Source: Bugula neritina (Eukaryota; Animalia; Bryozoa). From it: a stretch of 64,000 bases of DNA. The DNA is taken from the NCBI GenBank assembly GCA_964035545.1, contig OZ037769.1, positions 11,686,633 through 11,750,632 on the forward strand, read 5' to 3'. Each line of letters begins with the position of its first letter. Position 1 is the first letter of the stretch. Of this stretch, positions 13,101 through 25,100 are shown piece by piece. The translations under genes were made by a program, and so were the position numbers. The notes beneath the pieces were generated by a model. It searched no databases and had not been told where the DNA came from. It saw nothing but the letters and a program-made list of their open reading frames with translations.

Positions 13101-16100
13101 AACCATACAGGACGCCTACCCTCTACCTCGTATTGACGAGTCATTGGACGCCTTAGCCGGCAGCAAGTACTTCAGTACGTTAGACTTGCTAAGCGGCTAT
13201 TGGCAGGTTCCTCTGAGTCCCGACGCCCAAGAGAAAGCGGCGTTTATCACACGGGACGGTTTGTGGAAGTGGAAGGTGCTGCCCTTCGGGTTAACCTCCG
13301 CCCCAGCCACCTTCCAGAGGCTGATGGAACAAGTCCTTAGCGGACTCCATTGAAAGACACTGCTGGTCTACCTCGATGATGTCATCGTAATCTCTCCAGA
13401 CTTCGAGACACATGTCAGTCGTCTGCAGGAGGTTTTCGAGAGACTCCGAGGTGCCGGTCTTAAGCTCAAACCTTCCAAGTGCGCTCTGTTGCAGCCGGAG
13501 GTCAAGTACCTGGGGCACGTTGTCGGTCGAAACGGCGTGGCAACGGATCCCGAAAAGGTACGGGCAGTAGAAGACTGGGTCACCCCCCAAGACTTGACCG
13601 GACTCCGGGCTTTCTTGGGGCTGGTAGGGTATTACAGGCAATACATACCAGACTTTGCGGGCATAGCCCAGCCTTTAAACCGGCTTACCGCAAAGGGAGT
13701 GACGTGGCAGTGGACCCCAGTCGAACAAGAAGCGTTCGACCGCCTCAAGGGCTGCCTCCTAACGGCGCCCATCTTGGCCTACCCAGACCCCACTCTGGAG
13801 TACATCCTAGACACGGACGCCAGTGACCAGAATGTTGGCGCTGTGCTGTCACAAGTGCAGGAAGGCCGAGAAGTAGTAGTAGCCTACTACAGCAAGTCTC
13901 TCTCTCCCGCTGAACGAAATTACTGCACTACCCGCAAGGAACTGCTGGCAGTAATCAAGTCAGTGAAGCACTTCAGACCATACCTATATGGCAGGAAGTT
14001 CCGGCTGCGTACGGATCATGCCTCGCTGATCTGGTTGTGCAGGAGAGCAGAGCCCTCTAGTCAGGTCGCCCGGTGGCTCGAAATCCTAGCTGAATTCTCG
14101 TACCAGATCGAACATCGACCGGGCAAGAGACACAGCAATGCGGATGGGTTGAGTCGCCGACCTGACGGAGGTTGCAAACAGTGTCTCAACATCGAGAGGA
14201 GGGATGGAGGTCCCCCACGATGCGAGTTGGAGACGCTGGCTCATCACGGAGCACCGTTTGACTGGGATCAAGGTCAACTCAGGCAGAGAGTTGATGAGTC
14301 CCCGGAGGATGTGCAAAACCTCCGCGCCAACCCTGTACTGGCCGGTAATGTTCGAGAGCTGAAGAAGCTCCAAGAAGAACTGCCTGGAGTCGTGGCAGAC
14401 ATATACCGGGCCAAACGGGAAGGGCGACGACCCAGCGAGGAACGCATAAGACAGGGATGCGCTGAGTTCCGGCTATACTGTCAGCGTTGGGACTCGCTGC
14501 GGATCGGGCAGGATGGGTTGCTAACCATCTCTCTAGCTGCCAGCGGCAGACACCCGGAAAGGAAGAGGGTAGTCTGCCCCACAGCCATCCGCCGTGAGTT
14601 GATTTGGGATACTCACAAGCAGGCCCACGCAGGGGTCAAGCGAGTGATATCAAAATTACGACTCCGGTGGTATTGGCCGCAGATGGAGCGTGACGTCCGG
14701 CTCAGAGTCAAACAGTGTGAGATCTGCCAGGCCAGTAAACATAGCCGCCCCCCTGGTGAGGCAGGACGGCGGAGGCTATATGCTGGTAGGCCCTGGCAAG
14801 TAGTCGCTGTAGACCTGGTCGGACCCATGCCCCTGACCCCCAGAGGCAATAATTGGATCCTAGTACTAACCGACCACTTTACTAGGTGGGCGGATGCTCT
14901 GGCCATCCCAGATGCATCAGCCCCAACAGTGGCCAGGGCGCTAGACCAACATGTATTCTGTTATTTTGGGCTTCCCGAACAGATACACTCTGATCAAGGC
15001 GCTCAATTCCAGTCTCAACTGATGAGCGACCTTTGCCACCTCTGGGGAGTAAATCAGAGCAGGACCACCCCCTACCACCCTCAAGGTAACGGGGTGGTGG
15101 AGCGCAACAACCGGATGCTAGGTGATGCGCTCCGGAGTCTCCTCCTTGGACGAGGTCAAGAGGAATGGGATACGGTGTTGCCGCAGGTCATGCGTGCATA
15201 CCGTAGCACCCCACACACCAGTACTGGTGAGACCCCAAACCTCTTGATGCTCGGGAGAGAGACTCGTGTCCCTGACCATCTCACCTATCACGTTCCAGAG
15301 CAAGACAACTCGGTTCACGAGTATGCCAGTGAACTAGTGGAACGGATGAAGGCCGCACACGATATACTGCGTCAACAGCAGTGGAAGGTGCGGCACGAAG
15401 ATTCCGATGAACCCCCTCTCTATCAAAGGGGAGATAAGGTGTGGATGGTCAATTACCGTAGGCGCCGCGGACAGGCTGATAAACTGAAGCCTAAGTTCGT
15501 AGGCCCCTACGTGGTCGTCGAGGCTATGCCCAATCATACGTACAAGATTGAGCGCTCAGGACAGGTGTCTATCCAGAATGAGTCTCGCTTGAAACCGTAT
15601 TGGGCTAGCCCTGACGGAGTGGGAGAAGCCCCCCCGTTGTTAGAGCCCAGGAGGCAGACAACGACGCGCGGGCGACGGCGGCATGGGCCTGAATACGAAG
15701 TGGTCATACCGCGGGAGGAAAACTTGGTGAGAGAGGAGCGGCAGCTTTTGTCAACAGAAGCGTGTCCGCCGCCGCCAAGTCTAATTCCATCACTTCCAGA
15801 AACCGAGCCGGTTCCGGAAGTGCAAACCCCCACGGAGGGAGGGGCTCCATCCGGAGAACAAGAAGAGGTGACCACTAACGGTGAAGTAGAGACGCCGTTA
15901 GAGGCCCCTACTAACGAGCCGTTAGTAGAGACGCCGTTAGAGGCCCCTACTAACGAGCCGGCAAGCGTGTCACCCCCCCTAGAAAGGGGACAGCGTACGA
16001 GGAAGCCCCCACCGTATTTGAAAGACTTCATATGTGACTGCATTAGAAGCGGCGCACATGAAAGTCTAGGGGAAAACCGTACGATGAAATGTTGGAGTTG

Positions 16101-19100
16101 TGAACCCCACGCAAATATCAACTTTTGCGAGGACGGAATAGTGGGAGGAATTAATGCGCGTAAAGCAAATAGTTCCGACCTCGTGCCTCAGAAACGATGC
16201 TCAGCCTTTTCTTATGCTGACATCGCCAAAGGCAGACGTATCTCACAACCAGCTCCAACCTTACCAAGAACGTTGAGTATGGACATTAATACCGAGTTCC
16301 CAGGTAAGCCAGTATAAGTCTTGTATTCCTATTCATGGAAACGGGCTCGATGCCAGTAAATTCTGAACTAATTCAGCAGATTGAATCAGAATTACTGGGA
16401 ACCACGTTTCATGTGAATGACGATGAAGACACTGTAATGGCCGACGGTCTGTTAGACCTGGAGCTAGACACTGTTCTTGGTCAGTCCACACATGATTCAT
16501 CAGTTCCTCGAGTGCGTTCCAAAAGCTGTGACTCTCAGGCTAGCAACGGTCGACAGTCACTAGAATTATGTTGTAAAGATCCACCGCGATCTAACAATAA
16601 TTCTACTTTTGTAGACACACTCGCGCCCGTCTCTACGGGCATGCCTTCTCTAGAGATGGCGTGGGACCCAGAGCCGGCCCCAACAACTCCTACCACCAGG
16701 CAACTGCCACCTCAGTTGGAAGCAACCTCCAACTGGATTACCCCTGCCACAGAGAGGGAAATCAGGACCCATCAAGGAGGTGAGAGTAATCGTGAATGCA
16801 ACCTCTGCCAGCAGCGATTCACAACCCACCGCAGACTAAAGGTGCACTTGCCGCAGCATTACATCACCACTTTCTGCCCTTGCGGCGAATATAGCTATAA
16901 CCGTGATTACCTGCTGCGGCACCAACGTACTATGCAGTGCTATCAAGGACATGTCTATGAAGTAGACGAATTATCCTATCCTGCCTTTCTCAACGCCATT
17001 AAACCACTCATCACTGACTCAGCTCGGCTATCTCGCCTGGAGCAAGGCTTCCCTTCCCCGCGACCTATCACCTCTGGAGCCACAGATAAACCTACACAGT
17101 CTGCTAACTCTCCACCTCACAGTCCTATACGCATGCCGCATACCTTTCCTCGTGTCGTACTACAGAGAGTAGACACAAATGCGTATACACTCCCTCCTCC
17201 TATTCCATCCTCAGAGCGGAAACGACACAGGCAACCAACTTCCTCTCGCTCGTCCCCCTGGGCCCGTAACCTACGTGAGGTAGAAGCTAGGGCGCATGAC
17301 TTGAAGCAAGAAGTCTACAGGCTGGCCCCACGAATACAGGCAGCCTCCAGTGAACTCAGATACTTACAGGAGTCGATTAAACGCATGAAGCGTGCGGCCC
17401 GCAATTAACTCGAGTCTACCTACCACTCCCTACTACTCATTCCCCTACCTCTCTGTGGCATTCCCTACCGTAATGGTGGCACGTACTCTATATGTAGATA
17501 GTACCTTCTCTTGCTTATACTTAGTGCACGATATATATACCTGTATATTTTTTTTACCAGTTGTTGTTTTTTTTTTATATATACTCTTATGCTGTTCTCT
17601 TATCCCCCAACGAAGTATACGTTTTTTTTGTGAATCTTATTTTATCAGAAAGTGGGCTTTCTGCTGGAGGGGGCAGTGTGGTGGCTCGTGGAGCTACCAG
17701 CAACACAATACGCAAGGTTGCGTATTGACCCGGAACAATGTATTAGCCAATTAGCTAAGCTGTTTTATAAGTAATAGTAGCCGCTTCGCGCTACTAGCTC
17801 AGTTGAGGATAGTGCTGTAAACTAAATAGACGTGCGTATCATTACTGTTGTACATTGGACTTTTATTATGTATTCTTGTATTAAATATAACGATATCTAC
17901 TCGACTTAACTGGTGAAGTTTCTCTAGTGATAAATAGACTCTCTTGGTGGCACATCAACCCTAAATCTGAAAAATATAACAATAATCATTAAATTTAATG
18001 ATTACAAATTCCAGTCAAGTAATTAAATATTTGATCAATACTAATTTTGTTATTACTACTACCAATACAGGTATTAGTATTAATTATTTGTAGTTAGATT
18101 TACCTGATAATTTAAGTCAAGGGAAAGACTGTATTTTTATAAATGCATAATAATGATAATTATTATTCACTTTTATTGTAATTGTGGTTATACCGATCCT
18201 TAACAAAATAAGTTAATCACATACATAATCATGTCAAACTTAGTATTTAGTATTTTATTTCTAAGCCCCCTATTTCTCTGAATTTCTGCTTTTATAGTAT
18301 AACATATAGTACTAACAACAATAAAATATTTTAAAATTCCTGAAAATTAGTTTATTTCATAGCAAAAATTATGAGTTTGTTTTAATATAAAAAATCTAAT
18401 TAATTTTCAACTATAAATATAAAAATAGTTTGAACAGTAATGCAAACTTGGAATATTTTAAAACCCATGATTTTAAAGTATTTTCAAACTTCAGCCTCAT
18501 TGGACTCAATTTTCAATACAAAGAAAAGTACAGGAAACAAATTTAGACACAGTAATTAATGGACTTAATGTGGATGATACTGATAATAACGTTTTTAGAA
18601 AAGCTTGTTTGTTTTGTAGAAAAATATAAGGCCAGCCATGGAGTGGTGCACTTGCCACCGCTGCCAAAATCAGCCTACAGTGGAACAGTCTGTTTGTTGC
18701 CGTGATCATGCTGCAAACCTTCGATTAGATAGCAGCATGGAATGTATAACACAGCACCCGGGAGTACAGCAATTGACGCAACCAGCTGTATTAGAAGTTG
18801 CATACAGCAGCTACCTGAGATATCATGGTTAGTCAATTGCTACTGTATATCAATAACTGTCATTGTTAGTTTTTCTAGATAGTCTTACTTGATTATTTAG
18901 CCAATCATTTATTTTGGTAGATGATTTGTTTGATGAGAAGGCCCATTCTCTCAACACTAAAAAAAGGTTCTGCAGCTACCGGTTTTTGGTGTTCTGGCTG
19001 TTTCCGGATATTAAAAAAGGTGAGAGACGCCCTTTACCAGCTTGCTTATATGATTGGGTGCATTCCCCCCAACTGATGATGAGGAAGAATTTGCTGCAAA

Positions 19101-22100
19101 TTCGTGTACAATGAAGATTTATGAACATTAACACTCTGGTGATTTTTAGTAGCAGTCAGTTGCTACTGCCTCTTGTAGTGTGTACAGCTTACTATGAGAA
19201 TAAACCTCATTATTTGCAATCTCCCTGACCTTTGAAATTAATTTACCGTTGAGTTTGAGTTGCAATAATGGTGAATATACTTCAATATAGTGACTATTTT
19301 TGCGCTGAACTTTTCAAGTGACTCTAAGATCATATTCTACAATGCTTGAATTTTGATTCAACAAATAGAATTTACTTCACTACTTAGTTATGTAGAGCAA
19401 TCAGGTATTGCAATATTCCTAGTACACTAGAATATCTTATGCAATGTAATATAATATAATATAACAATATTGTTTTTATGAAACTTTGTGACATAGTATA
19501 ACTTTTTACATATTTTTACCAATATATTGTTTTATTTATTGCTATTTATTGTTTTCACATTGCTATTTATGGCTCTAATAAAGTACCAACAAAACCAAAC
19601 ATACAGCTGCTCTACAGTGAACACGAATATTTACATTTCAATGGAAACTGAGACTACAAGTAGATATATTGTCCAAATTTATTTTTGACACACCTTGAGG
19701 TGGAAAATTAAAAATATTATTTCCATTACACAAAAATATTTGTTTTTTTTTGTTGCATTAGAACATGCATTTTAAATAAAAATAAATATGGAGAAAAGCT
19801 ATGAATTCAGTTTTTGAGCTAAGTGAACAATACTATTTCGCCATATTTCTATATACCAGCATTGAACAGCTTTGCTTCTAATCTTTTTCTGCATCCTTTT
19901 AGGTGTTTGCACATATTTATTGTGTCCTATTCCTTTCTGTAGGCCCTTATTTTCTGGCTTAAGATTGAGAGCTGGTTTTTTAGTTTGACTTGGCAAAGCT
20001 CTAAAATATTATTATATATGAAGGTAAATGGAAAAGTATTATTGAAACAGCTGCAGAAAATCTCAATTGCTGTCTATATCATATTTCAATTTTATTGCTC
20101 AAGATCGCATTTTCAATATTATAATCCTTACAGAAAACCAGGGTTTGATCTTTTTAACCAGCGAGCTTCTTTAGGTGTGATAGTGGCCGCCTGCTGACTT
20201 TGTTTCCGAGGAGTTAATGGAGTGCATCCAGTTGCACCCTCAGTTTCCACTAAATGAATAGTTGGGACTGCTGTTTTCTCTAAATGCAATCTAAAGAGTA
20301 AATCAAAGACAATGAATTTTTATTCTTTCAATAAGCTAAGTGAACAATATTTACCATTAATTTTTACTGGTATTGATGATGGGCACCATTACCAGTATCA
20401 TACTCATAGCATGAGTATCAGTGCGTATGAATCATAATATTAATGGTATGTATCCAAGTGACTATGACACATTCTGATAATCATAAGTCTTTCATATTAT
20501 CGCCATTATAAATAAATTTCCTTACAATAACGGTTATCGTGTAAATCATAAATGCAAACTTGTACTTGCAAGTTTATGTCATAGTCACATGAAATTGAAT
20601 CAACACGGTCATGACAATCCTATTGACTTATACCAACTTGTAGTAATATTTAATAGTTATAGTTATACTTATTGTTAAAAATCAACATTAAAAAAACTAT
20701 CATTATCGTCTAATTCTATCACAATCACTAAGTCAGTATCACTATGACTATGAGTTTGAGTGAGTTATTCACTTACATGTTAATGAGTTTTGCTTTATAC
20801 ATACCCATATTTGTAAATTGTTCATCACCAAAATGCTGAAAACACAAACGAGAGTTGTTATCAGGCAGAAAGTTTTTTCTTTTCGTATTGACAAACTTGG
20901 TCCATTTTTCACCACACACAGTATCAGCAGGCCATTTAAACATGTGTTTTTCCTTGTACGAACACATTGCAGCTTCACACACTCTTCTTTTGCATTTGCC
21001 TTTAGAACTTGAAGCCATTCGTGTAGTCATGTCGACAGTAAGTGCAAGTGTAACTAGTAATATAGGTAATAAGTTTGTTCATTAGAGTCCAATGGCAATA
21101 TGAATATGAATATGAAATCGAATTTATATAGATAGCGAGCGACTACTACTAGTAGTAGTACTACTAGGCACAGGTTATATTGGTAGTATCCGGTTACGGT
21201 AATGATAATCTATTTGGAAGCGTAATAAGTTACATAATTGAATATGCAATTATTTGTAATGTTTTATAGAAAAGTTTGCCACTCGTTGGATTTAGCTAAT
21301 TTCTTGTAACAATATCGTGTTATCACCGTACTTAGCCACCCGTTCCAATTACATCGTGAGGGTGAGGCTATTTCATTTTTCCGATGCTCAAAATTTCTAA
21401 CGGAAGTAACTTTAGCTTCTAATATCAATAATAAAATGGTATCATTTGTTTTTTTCATTGAGCATTAGTTGTACTCTGTGTTTTAAAATTTATGTCAGTA
21501 TAGTGATTTATCTGTGTGTTGCAGTGGCTAAAAATAACACGCTGCGAAAGTATGCAATTATTACTATTAGTTATATAGTAACTAGGACTCGAAGCAGACC
21601 GGAAACCGGCGTAATACGTGTGCACTGGGAGCTTAGAAATCCGAAAGTTTTTTGGACATGCATGCACTAAAGTTGTTATAAAATGAAATAGTATAGCCAT
21701 CCACCCTTAAAGGAATGCTTAATTGATAGCTAAGATATAGATGAATATTTTCATGCTATATAAGTAAAGTGTGTCAGGGATTCTTTAAACAGCATGGGTA
21801 GCGGCAGATTAACTGTTAGGGGCACACTAACTGGGATAATATGAACAAAACTGGTTAGTGGATAAAACCGGTGATATTTTTAGTCTGAGTTTCAGAGCAG
21901 GCAGCAAACTTTCTTACCTGCTCTAGTAAAGTACACTATATGACAAGATGGAAGGCAGATCCACGTTATATTCATACATGCAGCTGCGTAGAGTAATTGT
22001 GTAATCTATCACAGTGAGATACACCTACTGTTGCTAAACACTACGTGTCTATTTACAGCATTTAAGCCTTTGGTGCATGCATTATGCATACAACTATAAC

Positions 22101-25100
22101 TCAATATTTTATATATGCCAGAGTTTTGGGTCACTACACGTAAGAAACTTCTGGTAACAATCCTCTTCTACTAATACATTTTCTAAGGTGTTGAAACTAT
22201 GAGAAGACTATTTTAAAAATAATGAAATTTGATTAAAAAACTTATAAAACTCATACAAACTATCGGTCAACTTGTTTAAAGTACTATGGTACATTTAACA
22301 AATCAATACTTTACTTGTTAAAAATTTGCTTCTCCAACTGGTTAACCACAAACAGAGTTCGTAATAAAATAAATATGTTTACAGATGATGTGTTGCAAAG
22401 TTGAGTTCATCCAACACAATATCCTGGTAGATTAGCCTAAACTGATCATTCTTCACTAACTACTACTACAAAGCATCTAAGAACTTTATTTCAAAGTAAA
22501 TTTAAGAAAAATCAGTTCACAAACTAATAAACTTCTGAACAGCTGGTTGAAAACCTACATTGAATTTAACCCTAGCTTCCTTGCGAGACATTTTAACACT
22601 CATTCTTTGCAGGAGACCACAAACTTCTTCAAACTCGAGGTTCCCATCACCATTAGTGTCTGCGGCGTGGAAGTAATCTGTAATCCATCTGAAAAAAGCA
22701 GAAGGCCGCATAACATCCGGGTTTTAGACAGACCAACAAATTACTGGTGCAGCAAGAAAATACAATCACCAAAAAGGTGCTCATAAATTTTATAGTGTAA
22801 ACCATGATGTTTAAAATTTTAGTTTGTTTCACTTTTTTTCTAGTTTCACTTTGTAATTCAACACAGTTGAATAATAAACTTTTCATTGATAAATTTCAGA
22901 AGAAAATTGACAATTTTTTTGAAAAAAAAAGGTTTTCTTCAAATAAACAGGTTTTATAAAAGTTCTCCAATGATGCACCTTACTTTTTCATGATGCCAAA
23001 CTCGTACAGCAGGCGATTTAACTGACTGCATAAGAAAATCAGGAGAACACAACTACACAGAAAGTTAATATTGGGTACAAAATTGAGCAAACATGCATTT
23101 AGTCTAATCATGTATCCCAAAAAAGTACATCTGAAGACATAATTAAAATCATACTGCTCCATAACTGATACAATTATTCTAGTCCTTGCGCCACTTACAG
23201 TTTCTCATCGTGTAACCTCTGCATTCGATCATTCAGGTAGATCTGGAACTTCAGTCCCCTCACCCACAGGTTTGCAATCTCTGGGTGGTCCGCCACAAGG
23301 TTAATAGGTGACCGGCCAGTCATGATGATGGAGAAGCAGCAACTCTCCTGTAATATGTTACATCATGTAATATATGTTATATTATGTAATATATGTCATA
23401 TTATGTAATATATGTCATATTATGTAATATAAATACATGTTATATTATGTACTATATGTTATATCATGTAATGAAACATAATCTATTAAACAAATTATAA
23501 AATACGCTGCTTATCCCAAAGTTCTAAAGTTACTAGTATTCTCTAAACTTATCATTTGAACAAAAATAAAATGTTTTTACATAAAAATAGATTTTAAATT
23601 TACTCAGCCATTTAGATACTTAGGTATTCGTGTAGAAAATATTTTAGTAGAAAAGAATTCACTTTGAGTTGTGAGGATTTTTTCCTAATTTCAAATTTGC
23701 ACACACTTCTGACGTTTCCTGCCCAACTTGATCTATTCATAATAGAGCTATGACTCAGGTTATAAGTTTGTTTAAAATGAAGTATTAATTTATAATTTAG
23801 TTCAACTAATGGCATATGTTTTAGTTTAAAATATTAATATAATATTGTGTGATATATTATTTAATTTTTATTTATCTATAATGCATTATTTCAGCATTAT
23901 TTGAGAAAAATACTGAATAATTACATTGTCACTTTAAAATATCCCTACCATTTATTTCATTGCCAATTACCATTGTTTCCAAAAGCTTTGAAATAAATTA
24001 ATAAAATGGAACTCACAGCAAATACAAACCACTTTATTTTTATGGAATGCATTATTGTAATAAAATCATATTCAACCAATTTATTTCAAAATAGTTTATC
24101 GATTGATTTCAAAAGTCTTAAGTTGTAATAATGATTGCCTTTGCTTTAGTCACTACAATTATTAAAAAGAGAATATCTCCATACTCACATCAAACTTTCC
24201 CGGCTCACACTTGTTGAAGACATCAGTTTGGTGTCCTTGTCTGACGTCCACAATGTCGCGTGCATCATCTGAAAATACACAGCAAATGCTCAGCTCAAAT
24301 AAAATATGAAGGAGTTACCCACTCATTAGGGGTAAACACCGTATCTAGGTACACTGGTCTTTGGGCTAGTTTATAATGTTGTGTTACCTAATCAAGTGTT
24401 AGAAGCCATTTCTAAAATTCAATAAACTTCTAGTTGATCGGGAGGGAGAGAGGGTCCATGGGAGGTGGATCCAAGGAAGGGGGTAGATTGAAGGGGGTTG
24501 GGGTGGATATTGGCTGATTTCTTTACAATATATACTTTTAGTGCTTACTTAAATTACACAAAAACAAATTCACAAAAACAAGTAGCCCAAGATTTTGACA
24601 AATAGCTCAAAATCTCAACTAGTAGCTCCACTCACATCTGGGCAGGTTTTTGCCTCTGGTTCGCTTTTTTGAGCCGTCATAATAAATCATCTTTTTCTGC
24701 CTTTCAAACCGCAAGAACCGTTTGTATGTCTTCAGCTTGTCGGTGATCTTGATGAACCAGGAGCCTCCACTGAGAAAAGTTAGTATGAACTCTTCACCTG
24801 CAACACAAGTGTCCTGTTTAAGCTTGGATATATAAATACTCTATAGGTTGACATATGATTGTGGCTAAGACATTGATATAAAAATAAATGAGCTATAAAA
24901 TTTTTTCAAAGCATGAAAAAATTTGCTACTGGTGAGAATAACGTTAGCTGACGAGGTGAAATAAGATGCTGACACAGTCATTCATCTTATATCTATGTAT
25001 TCATGGAAATTGAAATCTAAACTAGAGCAATATTATGTTATCTTCAACATAACAATACTAGTTATTACTATATATAATTTCAAACTCATTTCACAAAAAA

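Larger units (their letters stand above)
10498..17981 (+). mobile_element. Full-length Ty3/Gypsy LTR retrotransposon with an extra 3' ORF
   Basis: Two 305-bp TG...CA LTRs, PBS, PPT, gag, and pol in PR-RT-RH-IN order; GC-rich relative to the host; flanks ATAG / ATAA. Confidence 0.97.
9938..19131 (+). pseudogene. KolX-like / P2X7 C-terminal ballast-like zinc-binding protein gene, 3 exons, frameshifted near the C-terminus
   Basis: Phase-consistent exons 9938-10144 (acidic, YQFEP), 18620-18827 (WCTCHRC, VCCR, CITQHP, VLEVAY) and 18921 to about 19131 ([22 protein letters not shown], then AFPP in another frame). Motif order matches the P2X7 ballast consensus WCxCxxC-CC-CIT-RxxAYR-W-LPxC-IRxxFP. 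Intron 1 holds the Gypsy element. Confidence 0.82.
9474..21784. mobile_element. Kolobok-type DNA transposon, non-autonomous (about 4.8 kb without the Gypsy insert)
   Basis: TTAA at 9470-9473 and 21785-21788; ends AG...CT; TIR nearly perfect over about 48 bp (AGAAT(T/C)CCTGACACACTTTACTTATATAGCATGAAAATATTCATCTAT) and imperfect to about 140 bp; convergent THAP gene and KolX-like gene inside. Confidence 0.88.

Noticed and set aside
11005-16121. Many antisense and alternate-frame ORFs inside the retrotransposon
   Set aside because: Expected shadows of GC-rich gag/pol coding sequence; no independent motifs.
16335-17408. ORF3 as an env gene
   Set aside because: No signal peptide, fusion peptide or transmembrane anchor; has zinc fingers instead.
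17392-17754. 120-aa hydrophobic ORF after ORF3
   Set aside because: Non-ATG start, T-rich 3' UTR composition, runs through the PPT into the LTR.
9474-21784. piggyBac or P-element assignment (TTAA TSD, THAP domain)
   Set aside because: piggyBac ends are CC...GG-type and P elements make 8-bp TSDs; AG...CT ends with TTAA, THAP and KolX fit Kolobok.
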